Assembly: GCA_963830365.1 (NCBI GenBank)
Contig: CAWHMU010000042.1
Coordinates: forward strand, 111,250-175,249
Length of the DNA: 64,000 nucleotides
Source of the DNA: an uncultured Chlamydiae bacterium
GTDB taxonomy: Bacteria; Chlamydiota; Chlamydiia; Chlamydiales; Parachlamydiaceae
Direction of reading: 5' to 3'
This document shows, one piece after another, positions 30,561-40,006 of this stretch (the stretch's first letter is position 1; the number at the start of each line of letters is the position of its first letter). The position numbers were made by a program, and so were the translations under genes. The notes below the pieces were generated by a model. It was given only the letters and a program-made list of their open reading frames with translations. It had not been told where the DNA came from and did not search any database.

Positions 30561-30662
30561 AGCCGTGAATACGGCGGCAGCAATGACTAAAGGATAGTAT
30601 ATGCTATAATAAATGCATCTAATTCAGCTTCCATCGAAATTGCTGTCGCCGTATTCACGGCT
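30561..30662. repeat. 24-bp inverted repeat element
   Basis: AGCCGTGAATACGGCGGCAGCAAT / ATTGCTGTCGCCGTATTCACGGCT. Confidence 0.75.
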
Positions 30663-30853
30663 CTCTTTATACTACATTTTATTCCATAGGTTGACACCTA
30701 TGGCTACATGCTTCCGCCTCTATCGAGGCTAACTAGACCTTCTGTGCTAGAATGCCGATTTGTTTCAAAGAGAACATTACATATAGATCATTAATTCTCA
30801 TATTTCAACCATCAATCACAAAGGCTTTTTGACGAATTATCATGGGCAGGTGG

Positions 30854-32734
30854 TCATGTGTGCGATGAACCATCTTTATCTCGCACATAGCATGATATGG
30901 CTAAAGCAGCGGCGGCGATGACTTTTGGTGCTGCTACAGCAATTTTTTTGATTTTATGAATTATCCAGTGATCGCCTTTTTTAATTCTGAAGGCCCCTTC
31001 GACATTGGCCTGGCCGCCAGTACCTGCTTTTGCGGGTGTATAAACGGGCTGTAGTTCAGGCTCTTTCGGAATGCTCATAATGTCTTTCCATGCATCTGTG
31101 CAAAGGTAGATGGCCGTTGCGAACCCGGCGGCGTTAGCAGCCGTTGTCCCTGTTATGGATGCGGCGGTATCGCCCATTTTATCGGCAGTCCATAAGCCTA
31201 CTCCCCATAACGCGGCAACTTTTTCGGCTCCATGGCATAGGAGTGCTGCCGCTGGGACAACTACTCGGTCGACCATGATAGGTGTTACAAATTGTACTCC
31301 CGTAAATACTGTTGAAGCGGCGTATTTTTGTCCTTTGTAAATCAATAGGGGCACTTGTCTGATGATATCTCTATAGTTTTTGGGAGGATCTACCCATCCT
31401 GTCTCGGACGCCAATCCATAGGCCCATAGCGGGACGGCTTTAAAGCCTGCGATCATTAGTTGCTTAGGGATTGGAGCCAACCTGTCGTACAAAGTCGTAT
31501 CTTCTGTGGCATTGAGTGCGACGAGTCTGTCATTTACATCAGGCGCAGGATGGAATTTTGTAGTCTTTGTCTTTTCATTAAGACTGCGCCAGGCATCTTG
31601 CAAGTTATTAATTCCAAAGATCCATTTTGTGATATCTTTTATCTTAGAGGCGGTATAAATCACCGGAGCTAATGCGGCATCTTTAGCCTTTGTCGCAAGA
31701 TAACGGCCTGTGCTGGCAGCTATGGAGGTGATGGGAGCGCATTTGTTTGGCCTAGCTGTTGATGCTTCGTCAATGAGAGGAGAAGGAAGGGGGGCTGTGG
31801 CTCCATTTGTTTTAGCTGTGTGAGTGGTTAAGGCATTATCTCGGGTGATTAAGTTGTCCAACTTCACATCGGCGGCGGCAACATGGTCCCTCTTTTCTTT
31901 AGCGGCAGTGTCGCGCATGTGATGCCAGATAGTTAATGAATCATCGTTGGATATGTTTTGATCATCTGTAATGATGACGTGATCGTCACCGGGATCGCTG
32001 GCTAATTTTGGGGCCTGTTGTTCATTCATGTCATGAAATTCATCATGGTCGTCGACTTCGTGCTTCATAGTAGTCTCAGTGAGTTTAGGTTTTGCACTTG
32101 CTGAATCTGTCTGTGCTGCGATGCTTGCCGTGGATGTGTCCGATGCCCCGGCCTTGGCGGCGGCAGGCGTGGTTGGAGGTTCTGATAGTGCATTGCTGGT
32201 GGGAGATGTTTGTGGCTGTAGAGTGATTTCGTGAATCATATCGTTTAATGGGGTGATCACATGATCGTTTAGCGAAGAAGGCGGGTTTGGCGGCAGGGTT
32301 GCTGGGGGAGACGGATATAGCAAACTCTCTAACGATGAGTGAGAGGCATGAATTACTTGCTCTAGTGATTGAATAGGTGCTGATGTGGGGGGATTTTTTA
32401 AAAAATCCAGCGTTGTTTTCAGTTGTTTGGCTAAACTGTTTATATTGACGGCGACATAATTAATTTTATCATTACCAAATACTTTGACTTTCATAATGGC
32501 ATATTTGTTTCCGGAGCCTAAGATGTTTTTTGAAATCCAGTTAATGAAGCGTTTGTCCCAACTAAGTTGAGGGGTTTCACCTTCCTGAGAGGTTTGAATG
32601 ATCGTTGCCGCCACGCTAATAATCTTGGCATACTCTGCTTTGATCTCTGCGCCTTTGTCATCACAAATATCCATCCGGCCATCATGGACACGAACCATTG
32701 TTTCTTTAAATTGTTGGGATGTGATATTATTCAT
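30854..32734 (-). CDS. Hypothetical protein with Pro/Ser/Thr-rich linker and hydrophobic C-terminus
   Basis: 626-aa ORF with no recognised family. Confidence 0.7.
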   Translation of the reverse strand: MNNITSQQFKETMVRVHDGRMDICDDKGAEIKAEYAKIISVAATIIQTSQEGETPQLSWDKRFINWISKNILGSGNKYAIMKVKVFGNDKINYVAVNINSLAKQLKTTLDFLKNPPTSAPIQSLEQVIHASHSSLESLLYPSPPATLPPNPPSSLNDHVITPLNDMIHEITLQPQTSPTSNALSEPPTTPAAAKAGASDTSTASIAAQTDSASAKPKLTETTMKHEVDDHDEFHDMNEQQAPKLASDPGDDHVIITDDQNISNDDSLTIWHHMRDTAAKEKRDHVAAADVKLDNLITRDNALTTHTAKTNGATAPLPSPLIDEASTARPNKCAPITSIAASTGRYLATKAKDAALAPVIYTASKIKDITKWIFGINNLQDAWRSLNEKTKTTKFHPAPDVNDRLVALNATEDTTLYDRLAPIPKQLMIAGFKAVPLWAYGLASETGWVDPPKNYRDIIRQVPLLIYKGQKYAASTVFTGVQFVTPIMVDRVVVPAAALLCHGAEKVAALWGVGLWTADKMGDTAASITGTTAANAAGFATAIYLCTDAWKDIMSIPKEPELQPVYTPAKAGTGGQANVEGAFRIKKGDHWIIHKIKKIAVAAPKVIAAAALAISCYVRDKDGSSHT

Positions 32735-32860
32735 AAAAAAAAACCCTGGTGTGATAATAAGCTAATTGCTACTATTGTTTAATTATAACATGTTTAAAAA
32801 TATAGGCAATTAATAATTGTTGTAGAAATGGTGGCTTTGTGGGATGTCACTCAGCCAAGA

Positions 32861-32944
32861 GAAAGGACCTAAACGACCTAAGCGACGAAAGGGAGGTAAA
32901 ATGCAGTCGTGCTTTTGGTCTATTAGGTCCGTGAGGCCCCTTTC
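32861..32944. repeat. Empty inverted 9-mer (GGACCTAA) arm pair
   Basis: gaaaggacctaaacgacctaagcgacgaaaggga ... cttttggtctattaggtccgtgaggcccctttc. Confidence 0.65.
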
Positions 32945-32978
32945 ATTTTTGAATTTCATCAATGCCGTAAAAGAATAA

Positions 32979-33007
32979 TTGACAAATTCCAGAGGCGGCG
33001 CTAGCTT
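32979..33007 (+). promoter_or_regulatory. Sigma70-type promoter
   Basis: TTGACA-17 bp-TAGCTT upstream of 33050. Confidence 0.5.
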
Positions 33008-33049
33008 GGTATTTATGCTATTTTTATGAACCTTTAAGGAGAAAAAAAC

Positions 33050-33388
33050 ATGAAGCATCTACGAAAAATGACCTTAATTCTCGTCGGCACCATTGGCATG
33101 GGAGCTGCGGCTCTGCAAGCCGAAGCCACCTGCGCGCGCTGCGAAGAAATCCGCGCCGACAATGCCGTGAACCACAAAAACTATGAGTATTATGAAGACT
33201 ATCTGAAAGATCAGTCGAAAGGGGGCAATGCCGCCAAAACAGGCAAGCAAAATGGCAAACCGGCCGCAAGGTCTACTACACCGGCACAAACAAAAAATGG
33301 CAATGCCGTGAAAAACACCACCACGACGACCACTACCACTACACAAACCAACGCAAATAAGCCTGCCAATACCAACGCGCCAAAATAA
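33050..33388 (+). CDS. Small secreted protein with CxxC and Thr-rich tail
   Basis: Signal peptide, CARC, poly-Thr; AAGGAG RBS. Confidence 0.75.
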   Translation: MKHLRKMTLILVGTIGMGAAALQAEATCARCEEIRADNAVNHKNYEYYEDYLKDQSKGGNAAKTGKQNGKPAARSTTPAQTKNGNAVKNTTTTTTTTTQTNANKPANTNAPK

Positions 33389-33405
33389 GGCATATGGTCC
33401 AAAAT

Positions 33406-33514
33406 ATATGGACAGTATGGACAAAATGGACAAGCTAGACCATAAGGAATAAGACAAGTTCTTATCCTGGTAGCTCTTGTTCGTCCATATTGTCCATATT
33501 GTCCATCTCATCCA
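33406..33514. repeat. Inverted 9-mer (ATGGACAAT-type) arm pair
   Basis: atggacagt atggacaaa atggacaag versus gtccatatt gtccatatt gtccatctc. Confidence 0.75.
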
Positions 33515-33539
33515 GGCCTAATTTTACCCCGGTTTTATC

Positions 33540-34373
33540 ATGAAAACCTCTCAGCTTGCTGCCAAAGATCTGAAAGGCTACGCCGCCGTGGCCTTGGCCC
33601 TGGCTGAGGAAGGCGGGGCTGTGCTCAAGCATTATTGGGGCAACCTGCATGATATCTGCGATAAAGAGCTGGCCGGCGATCTGGTGACAGAGGCCGATAA
33701 GGAATCGGAAAGGCGCATTTTGGCCCTCCTGCAGCGTGAATATCCAGACCATTCCGCGCTGGCTGAGGAATCCGGACAGCATGCTAAGCATAAAAGCGAT
33801 TTCCCCAGCGATTTCCTCTGGATCATCGATCCGCTTGACGGTACCACCAATTACGCCCATCAATATCCTGTGGTGGCGGTGTCGGTGGCTTTAGTCTTTC
33901 GCGGACAGCCGGTGGTGGGGGTGGTGTTAAATCCGCTGCAAGGGGAGCTGTATCAGGCCACTATCGGCTCTGGGGCCACCTTGAACGGCCAAACCATCAA
34001 GGTGTCTGCCGCCAGGAATTTAGCCAAGAGCCTGTTGGCCAGCGGCTTTGCCTATGACCGCCGGCAGACCGCCGACAACAATTACGCCGAGTTCTGCCAT
34101 CTGACAAACCTCACGCAAGGGGTGCGGCGCGGCGGCTCGGCGGCTTTGGATCTGGCTTATGTGGCGGCCGGACGCTGCGACGGTTATTGGGAGCGCGGGA
34201 TTAAGGCCTGGGATATCGCTGCCGGCAGCCTTTTGGTACAGGAAGCCGGCGGCATGGTGACGGGGTACGACGGCGCGCCGCTCGACTTATATGGCGGGCG
34301 CATCTTGGCGACAAACGGTCATCTACACCCAGCGCTGAGTGCTGAACTGCTGCGCGTCAAAACTGGCGCTTAG
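33540..34373 (+). CDS. suhB: Inositol monophosphatase family protein
   Basis: DLVTEAD, WIIDPLDGTTNYAH, GSAALDL, WDIAAG. Confidence 0.92.
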   Translation: MKTSQLAAKDLKGYAAVALALAEEGGAVLKHYWGNLHDICDKELAGDLVTEADKESERRILALLQREYPDHSALAEESGQHAKHKSDFPSDFLWIIDPLDGTTNYAHQYPVVAVSVALVFRGQPVVGVVLNPLQGELYQATIGSGATLNGQTIKVSAARNLAKSLLASGFAYDRRQTADNNYAEFCHLTNLTQGVRRGGSAALDLAYVAAGRCDGYWERGIKAWDIAAGSLLVQEAGGMVTGYDGAPLDLYGGRILATNGHLHPALSAELLRVKTGA

Positions 34374-35251
34374 CCGCGTTTGACAGCGCGGATGGCCATA
34401 AATAGCGGGATTTCTGAGCGGCCGCGATTTTCCATTTTGGCGGCGCCGCCCACGCTGACTTTATCAGAGTGCCACTCTTCAATCAGTTCGATGGCAAAAC
34501 CTGCCTCGTAAAGCCAGCGGCTGTAGTCTGCCAGCGGGTGGTGGAAGGACCAGGTGGTGGCCGACTGTTCTCCCTTGCTGGGATGTGCCTGGATGGGGAT
34601 GCTTAAGGGGGAGGAATAGCGGTCGATGCGGCGGTATTGCACTTTTTGCTCTTCGTCCACCTTCCATGACGATTGGCGGGGAATGCGAAAGCAGGGGTGG
34701 TTCATGGCGATGACCAGGCAGCCATTTTTGGCGAGATGCTTGGCGGCATTCTCCAGGGCAAGCTTTGGGTGTTCCATATTCTGGATGGCCAGCACGATGG
34801 CGGCATGGGTGAAGTCGCATTTCTTTACGGGCAGCGCATGGGTGGCATCGGCGACGACATAATTGTGTTTGGCATTGGGATCGCTGGCTTTGGCCGTTTT
34901 GATTAGCGAGGGCGAGATGTCAACGCCGGTATAGTCGATGGAGGCCGGCAGATGGCGCGCCAGCACGCCCGGGCCGCAGGCGAGGTCCAACAGGGACGGC
35001 GCGGCTGTCTTTTCGATGGCCAGCAGGCGCTGCACGCCGGGGAGTACGATATGCTGGTGGTAGTAATGCCCCTCATCGCCGACGGAGCCGCGGTACCATT
35101 TTTCCACCGGTTCCCAAGAAGTTGAAGATTTTGAGGTTGAAGGCTTTGAAGTCGATGGTTTTGAGGTTGAAGGTTTTGAGGCGGCATGTCTTGAGCCTGC
35201 GGGCTTTGCAGAGCCATAGCGTGGACGGGGAGGTTGGTCGCGACGTGGCAT
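34370..35251 (-). CDS. Class I SAM-dependent methyltransferase with an N-terminal (SKPST)x4 repeat
   Basis: LLDLACGPG, GVDIS, NHPCF; 15-bp tandem at ~35118-35181. Confidence 0.88.
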   Translation of the reverse strand: MPRRDQPPRPRYGSAKPAGSRHAASKPSTSKPSTSKPSTSKSSTSWEPVEKWYRGSVGDEGHYYHQHIVLPGVQRLLAIEKTAAPSLLDLACGPGVLARHLPASIDYTGVDISPSLIKTAKASDPNAKHNYVVADATHALPVKKCDFTHAAIVLAIQNMEHPKLALENAAKHLAKNGCLVIAMNHPCFRIPRQSSWKVDEEQKVQYRRIDRYSSPLSIPIQAHPSKGEQSATTWSFHHPLADYSRWLYEAGFAIELIEEWHSDKVSVGGAAKMENRGRSEIPLFMAIRAVKRG

Positions 35252-35340
35252 ATTAACAATCCTTAAATTAAGAAAATCTAAAATCAGTATAGTGTTTAGT
35301 ATGTTAAACTTAAACCTGGAAATGTGCAGAGGAGAGAGGC

Positions 35341-35769
35341 GTGACCAAGATTTTAAGCGAATACCTAGGGGAATTGGAGTGCAGCCTGACGCATCAGCCT
35401 TCCCACATGGTCATCCATACCGACGCTCCTGCCGATATCGGCGGCAAGGCGCGCACATTTTCACCGACGGATCTGGTGGCGGGGGCATTGGTGAGTTGCA
35501 TTGCCACCACGCTTGGGCTTTTCGGCAAACGGCAAGGCTGGGATTTCACGGGTATGAGACTGGAAGTCGTTAAGGAAATGGCCGATGCGCCCGACCGGCG
35601 CATCGCGCATTTGCCGGTACATGTCTGGATGCCTATCGATCTCCCGGCTGATAAGCGTCAGTTGTGCCAGCGCGTTGCCACTACCTGTCCGGTGCATAAA
35701 AGCCTGCATCCGGGCATTGAAGCGCCGATCCATCTGCACTGGCCGGCAGACCAGCCACAGTTAAGTTGA
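35341..35769 (+). CDS. OsmC-family protein
   Basis: TDAP..GG....FSPTDL...L.SC, CPVHKSL. Confidence 0.9.
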   Translation: MTKILSEYLGELECSLTHQPSHMVIHTDAPADIGGKARTFSPTDLVAGALVSCIATTLGLFGKRQGWDFTGMRLEVVKEMADAPDRRIAHLPVHVWMPIDLPADKRQLCQRVATTCPVHKSLHPGIEAPIHLHWPADQPQLS

Positions 35770-36075
35770 AGCCTCAGTACCCTGGCCGTCTATTTTTTGG
35801 GCGAGTTGATTCACCCTGACAGTCGCAGCCTTCTTTTGGTCCTGGGCGGCGGCCGCTTCGGCATCGGTGGGGCGGCGCGTGACCATGCTTGGGGTGTGGG
35901 CGGGATTAACAGCGGGGACGGTGAGACTAACTCTGCGCGGGTGGTAGAGATTCTTATCGCTTAGGCTTTTTGTTAATATATGTTTAGCCTGGTCGGTTCG
36001 TGTGTGTGTAACGCTTTCATGTTTAGTGTTTTCCGTTTTAGTCTCTTTTGCCTCTTCTTTTGTGGATGTAGTCAA
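35761..36075 (-). CDS. Hypothetical protein
   Basis: 104-aa ORF, non-ATG start, no motif. Confidence 0.4.
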   Translation of the reverse strand: MTTSTKEEAKETKTENTKHESVTHTRTDQAKHILTKSLSDKNLYHPRRVSLTVPAVNPAHTPSMVTRRPTDAEAAAAQDQKKAATVRVNQLAQKIDGQGTEAST

Positions 36076-36176
36076 ATCGATGGCAAACGGAGAACGGATT
36101 GACAGATATAATTTAAAAATATAACTTTATGTTAATGAGGTGTGAGGCCTCGCAACGCTTTTACCAAGGAAATAGC

Positions 36177-36590
36177 ATGAAAAGCCAGCCAAACCTTACT
36201 GACGTGCTCGCTACTTCGACTCAAGCCTTGAATGCCTACCATCAATTGCTAGCCAAAGAGCAGCCGAGCAAGCCAAAAACAGAGGACTTCGACCGTATCG
36301 CCAAAAAATTGACCGAGACCCGCGATGAACTTAAAAAAGGCATCCGCGATGGACGTATGACGCACGTAGCACCTGAAACACGCAATCAAATGGTTACAGC
36401 CATCAATAGTCTTTTGAATGATAAAACGACCGTCGATAAAATGGCAGCTGTACGCATCGCCATTTATGCCGCCAACACCCCCTTCTTAGAAGTGTTAAGA
36501 AATATCCAAGAGCTGCTAAGAACGGTAGAAGGACTTAAAACTGCGCGCGGTGGACGGGCCGCGCCAATTGGTGACATGGATGTCTTATGA
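36177..36590 (+). CDS. Hypothetical protein
   Basis: ATG after AAGGA RBS; stop overlaps the next start (ATGA). Confidence 0.6.
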   Translation: MKSQPNLTDVLATSTQALNAYHQLLAKEQPSKPKTEDFDRIAKKLTETRDELKKGIRDGRMTHVAPETRNQMVTAINSLLNDKTTVDKMAAVRIAIYAANTPFLEVLRNIQELLRTVEGLKTARGGRAAPIGDMDVL

Positions 36591-37123
36591 AACAATGCGT
36601 GCTTGGTGCTTTGTGTCTTTTTGGATGCTGGTTTGCTTTGCCTGCCCAGGCTACCAGTCCGGCTGTTTTTCAACCTGAGGAGAAAATGATGAAGATAGAA
36701 TCATCAGCATTTAAAAATGGCCAAACCATCCCCTTGAAATACACCTGCTCGGGTGATAATCTCTCGCCGCCGCTAAGCTTTAGCGGCATCCCCGCCGGCA
36801 CTGAGAGCTTGGCCCTGATCGTAGACGATCCCGATGCCCCAGGCGGCACCTTCGACCATTGGATCGCCTGGAATATTCCTTCAGCTACGCAGGCCTTGGC
36901 CGAAGGCAGCCCGGTGCCCAAGCAAGGCAAAAATAGCTATCGCGTATTGGACTATCGCGGACCCTGCCCGCCGCCCGGCAAGCCGCATCGTTATTTCTTC
37001 AAGCTGTACGCTCTGGACACTTTGCTCGACCAGCCCGAAGGCATTCCCAAAGGGCAGCTGGAAAAGGCCATGGCAGGGCATATCCTGGCTAAAGGCGAAC
37101 TCATCGGGATTTTTCAGCGCTGA
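36587..37123 (+). CDS. YbhB/YbcL (PEBP/Raf-kinase-inhibitor-like) protein
   Basis: SPPL, DDPDAPGGTFDHW, YRGPCPPPG.PHRY.F.LYALD. Confidence 0.93.
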   Translation: MKQCVLGALCLFGCWFALPAQATSPAVFQPEEKMMKIESSAFKNGQTIPLKYTCSGDNLSPPLSFSGIPAGTESLALIVDDPDAPGGTFDHWIAWNIPSATQALAEGSPVPKQGKNSYRVLDYRGPCPPPGKPHRYFFKLYALDTLLDQPEGIPKGQLEKAMAGHILAKGELIGIFQR

Positions 37124-37200
37124 TTTTATACCACGCGCGGTTAGTTTGTTTACATTTTGGCTGGCTGGCCTATAGGCTAACAGGATTTCATATAATCCCT

Positions 37201-37305
37201 TCACTCACCGCGTTGAGTTAACGTCTGGACAATTGAACGCAAATCATCAAGATTACGAGCCAGTCGATCCATGCTATGGACGAAAACCGTGTCTCCCGAG
37301 CGTAC
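37201..37305 (-). pseudogene. Internal fragment of a Tn3-family serine resolvase
   Basis: Manual translation VRSGDTVFVHSMDRLARNLDDLRSIVQTLTQRG, closely resembling TnpR of Tn21/Tn5053-type elements. Confidence 0.8.
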
Positions 37306-37498
37306 CTTACAATGACATTTTAAAAGTCTTTTTTGCGTGCGTGTCTCTTCATATAGACAGGCCATTACTTACACATGGCGTTCTATCTATTTATCATTTA
37401 TAATCAATTCAATCATTAAATTGGTCTGATAGTAGTTGATTTAAATTTAATAAAAATGTTAAAATTTATTTTTTAACAACTAAACCAAGTTGGTTTTT

Positions 37499-38524
37499 AT
37501 GAAAAAAAAGCTTTTTTATGTTTATATTTTAATTACATGTCTCATTAGTTCATTTCTGACTGCTGCTAATGCAAATGATAATCAGAATGAAAAAACCTCT
37601 ACTCGATTCTATCCTGTTGGAGAACTAGGCGCTCAATGGACGTTAGGGAGTGACCATCTACCGGTCGGAGGAACAGTTGGCTCAATTCATTTTGTCCTGT
37701 GGAATATTTTGAATTCTGATGCTCTTCATCATATTTTGGGAAATGGACAGGGATTACGAGACAGTTTTATCATAACAGCCAATATTCCGTTGTATGACAA
37801 CTTAACTCTCAGAGAATCAGTTGTTATTGATCAGGTTTTCGAAATGATTCAACATTCCACGCATCCTCGCTCATTGTTAGCCTTACAAGAGACTTCTGAG
37901 AATGTCTATAAGAAATTACAAGAAAGTCTTCCATCCAATTTACAACTTTTACCAACGGATGTTGAAGAGTTAAAGCATGGAGATGTTTTTATCTTCGATG
38001 AAAATATCTTTGATTTTATCGACTTCAAGTGCGCTCATTATAAAAGCAAGCCAAGTAAACATGGTAATACTTATATGACACTCACTTTGCTAGAGAAAGA
38101 GACTCGGATCATTTATAAGTTTGTTCAATCACATGTTCCTGGTGGCCCAGATATAAATTCCATACCTGCACGGATTGAACTCGCAAATGCTGTTATAGGT
38201 GATTACAATCCAGAAGCCATCTCTGTTATTTTGGGAGATATGAATCGTTCTCCGGATTATTTCATCAAAGACTTTGAAATAGCAGCTCTTGAGCACGGTC
38301 TTGAACTGCAGCCATTTGAAATTATGTGGCCACCTTATGCTACCCACATTAATACACATATGGAAGCTTCTTGGATTGATAATATTTTAATTGCAATTCC
38401 ATCTGGTTATGAGTCAGTGATTCATTTAGAAGTCACTGGTGAAGCCCCAGCCTTCTTTAAAGATTTGCAAGACACATTCGATTTGCTGGAAAGTTTGCGA
38501 CCATCAAACAATGGTGATACATAA
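37499..38524 (+). CDS. Secreted endonuclease/exonuclease/phosphatase (EEP)-fold protein
   Basis: WNILN, LALQE, SHVP, LGDMN, WIDNI; SDH motif near the N-terminus; visibly AT-rich. Confidence 0.75.
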   Translation: MKKKLFYVYILITCLISSFLTAANANDNQNEKTSTRFYPVGELGAQWTLGSDHLPVGGTVGSIHFVLWNILNSDALHHILGNGQGLRDSFIITANIPLYDNLTLRESVVIDQVFEMIQHSTHPRSLLALQETSENVYKKLQESLPSNLQLLPTDVEELKHGDVFIFDENIFDFIDFKCAHYKSKPSKHGNTYMTLTLLEKETRIIYKFVQSHVPGGPDINSIPARIELANAVIGDYNPEAISVILGDMNRSPDYFIKDFEIAALEHGLELQPFEIMWPPYATHINTHMEASWIDNILIAIPSGYESVIHLEVTGEAPAFFKDLQDTFDLLESLRPSNNGDT

Positions 38525-38647
38525 AAGGTAAATGAGAGAGTCACTTCAACATTTATCTCTGCGCAGATGGAAACATATTAATTTAGTAGGTGATTATGTA
38601 TTGCGACAGGACAAGTTGATGAAAAATGGTTCTTTCAGGCTAAAATC

Positions 38648-38685
38648 CTTAACGTGCTTTATGATCCGAATTCTGAGCTGACCCC
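38648..38685 (-). mobile_element. Tn3-family 38-bp terminal inverted repeat
   Basis: Reverse complement GGGGTCAGCTCAGAATTCGGATCATAAAGCACGTTAAG matches the GGGG...ACG.TAAG pattern of Tn21-like IRs. Confidence 0.85.
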
Positions 38686-38923
38686 CAGATAGTCGGAGAC
38701 AGAGGAGCCCTGGCCCAGAGGAAAAGAAGAGCCGGGCACCCCGTGGGACTGTTATTTGGATGTCAATGGTGGTAACGACCATAACCTGGAAGTTTTATAT
38801 CCTGCCCTATCTGCTTAAAAATCCGTGTGACGACCCGCTGTATTTAGGACGTACGGATGCGCGCGGTATTTACACAGCGCGACCCATCAAACTGCGGCTT
38901 AGGCCCGCTAGAGGCTGGTATAT

Positions 38924-39511
38924 TCAATTTCCGCCAGCATTATTAAGAAAAACGTGATAAAAAAGCAGCGCGGCGATCGTCTTGCCATCGATGATGGTGC
39001 CGTCCTTGACCATCTTAAGGGCCTTTTTCCATGAAACGATTTCCACTCTGATGCGTTCGTTGTCATCCAAGGACTGGCCGACATGCGTCAGCTCATTGGC
39101 TACGAAAGTATACATCAGCTCGTTGCTGTAGCCGGGGGTCGTATAAAAGGCTGTCAGCTTTTCAATTAGGGCCGCCCGGTAACCCGTCTCTTCCACCAAT
39201 TCCCGCGCCGCTGTCTGCGCTGGCGTTTCCCCAGGCTCTAAAGTTCCTGCCGGCAGCTCCCAAAGTTCTTGTTTCACCGCAAAGCGCTGGTTGTGGATCA
39301 TGACGAGATTTTCTTTATCAATTAAGGGCAGGATCAGGACGGCGCCCGGGTGGACGATCACTTCACGCCGTACGGTCTGGCCTTCTTTGCCGGGGATAGT
39401 TAGAGCATGCACATTAAAGCGTACGCCGCTAAAGACTTTTGATGTCTCTTCAAAAGAGGGGGCTTCAATTTTAAAGGCTTTTGACTTATTGTCGTCGGAT
39501 GATGTACGCAT
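38924..39511 (-). CDS. NUDIX hydrolase (ADP-ribose pyrophosphatase-like)
   Basis: HPGAV, ELPAGTLEPGETPAQTAARELVEETGY, DGKT. Confidence 0.92.
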   Translation of the reverse strand: MRTSSDDNKSKAFKIEAPSFEETSKVFSGVRFNVHALTIPGKEGQTVRREVIVHPGAVLILPLIDKENLVMIHNQRFAVKQELWELPAGTLEPGETPAQTAARELVEETGYRAALIEKLTAFYTTPGYSNELMYTFVANELTHVGQSLDDNERIRVEIVSWKKALKMVKDGTIIDGKTIAALLFYHVFLNNAGGN

Positions 39512-39553
39512 TTTGCTTGATCCTTTATGAGATAACTCCAAGGAGTAGAATAT

Positions 39554-39937
39554 ATGTCAGTTCCTGCGCAACAGTATTTATTGTTTTTTTGTGCTTTGCT
39601 GGGTTTTTTGGGGGTGGCGGTGGGGGCCTTTGGCGCACACGCCCTCAAGCAGCGTCTGACGCCCGACATGCTGGCGATATTTGAAGTCGGCGTGCGCTAC
39701 CAGATGTACCACGTGCTGGCCATGGGCTTGGCAGCCTGGGTGTCTACGCTGACCGGCGGCATGTGGGGCGCTTGGGCGGGCTGGCTGTTCTGTGTTGGCA
39801 TCATCGTGTTTTCCGGCAGTCTTTATATATTGGCGCTTAGCGGCATACGCGCCTGGGGGGCGGTCACACCGATTGGCGGCTTGTTGTTTCTGCTGGGCTG
39901 GCTCTCTTTGGCTGTCGCCGCCTTTAAAAGTGTCTAG
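39554..39937 (+). CDS. DUF423 (YgdD/TMEM256) membrane protein
   Basis: GAFGAHAL, YQMYH, FSGSLY, TPIGG. Confidence 0.92.
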   Translation: MSVPAQQYLLFFCALLGFLGVAVGAFGAHALKQRLTPDMLAIFEVGVRYQMYHVLAMGLAAWVSTLTGGMWGAWAGWLFCVGIIVFSGSLYILALSGIRAWGAVTPIGGLLFLLGWLSLAVAAFKSV

Positions 39938-40006
39938 ACGTAAATGGCTTAGATGGTAAATAATCGTTATGCGCCCCTTTTTAGCAAGCTAAGGAAAATA
40001 GTAACA

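Noticed and set aside
35118..35181. 15-bp repeat in the methyltransferase as a phase-variation switch
   Set aside because: The repeat is in frame and synonymously diverged; it just encodes a disordered SKPST linker.
38700..38740. RNase P, SRP or tmRNA gene
   Set aside because: GAGGAAAAG only loosely resembles GAGGAAAGUCC; the other diagnostic motifs are absent.
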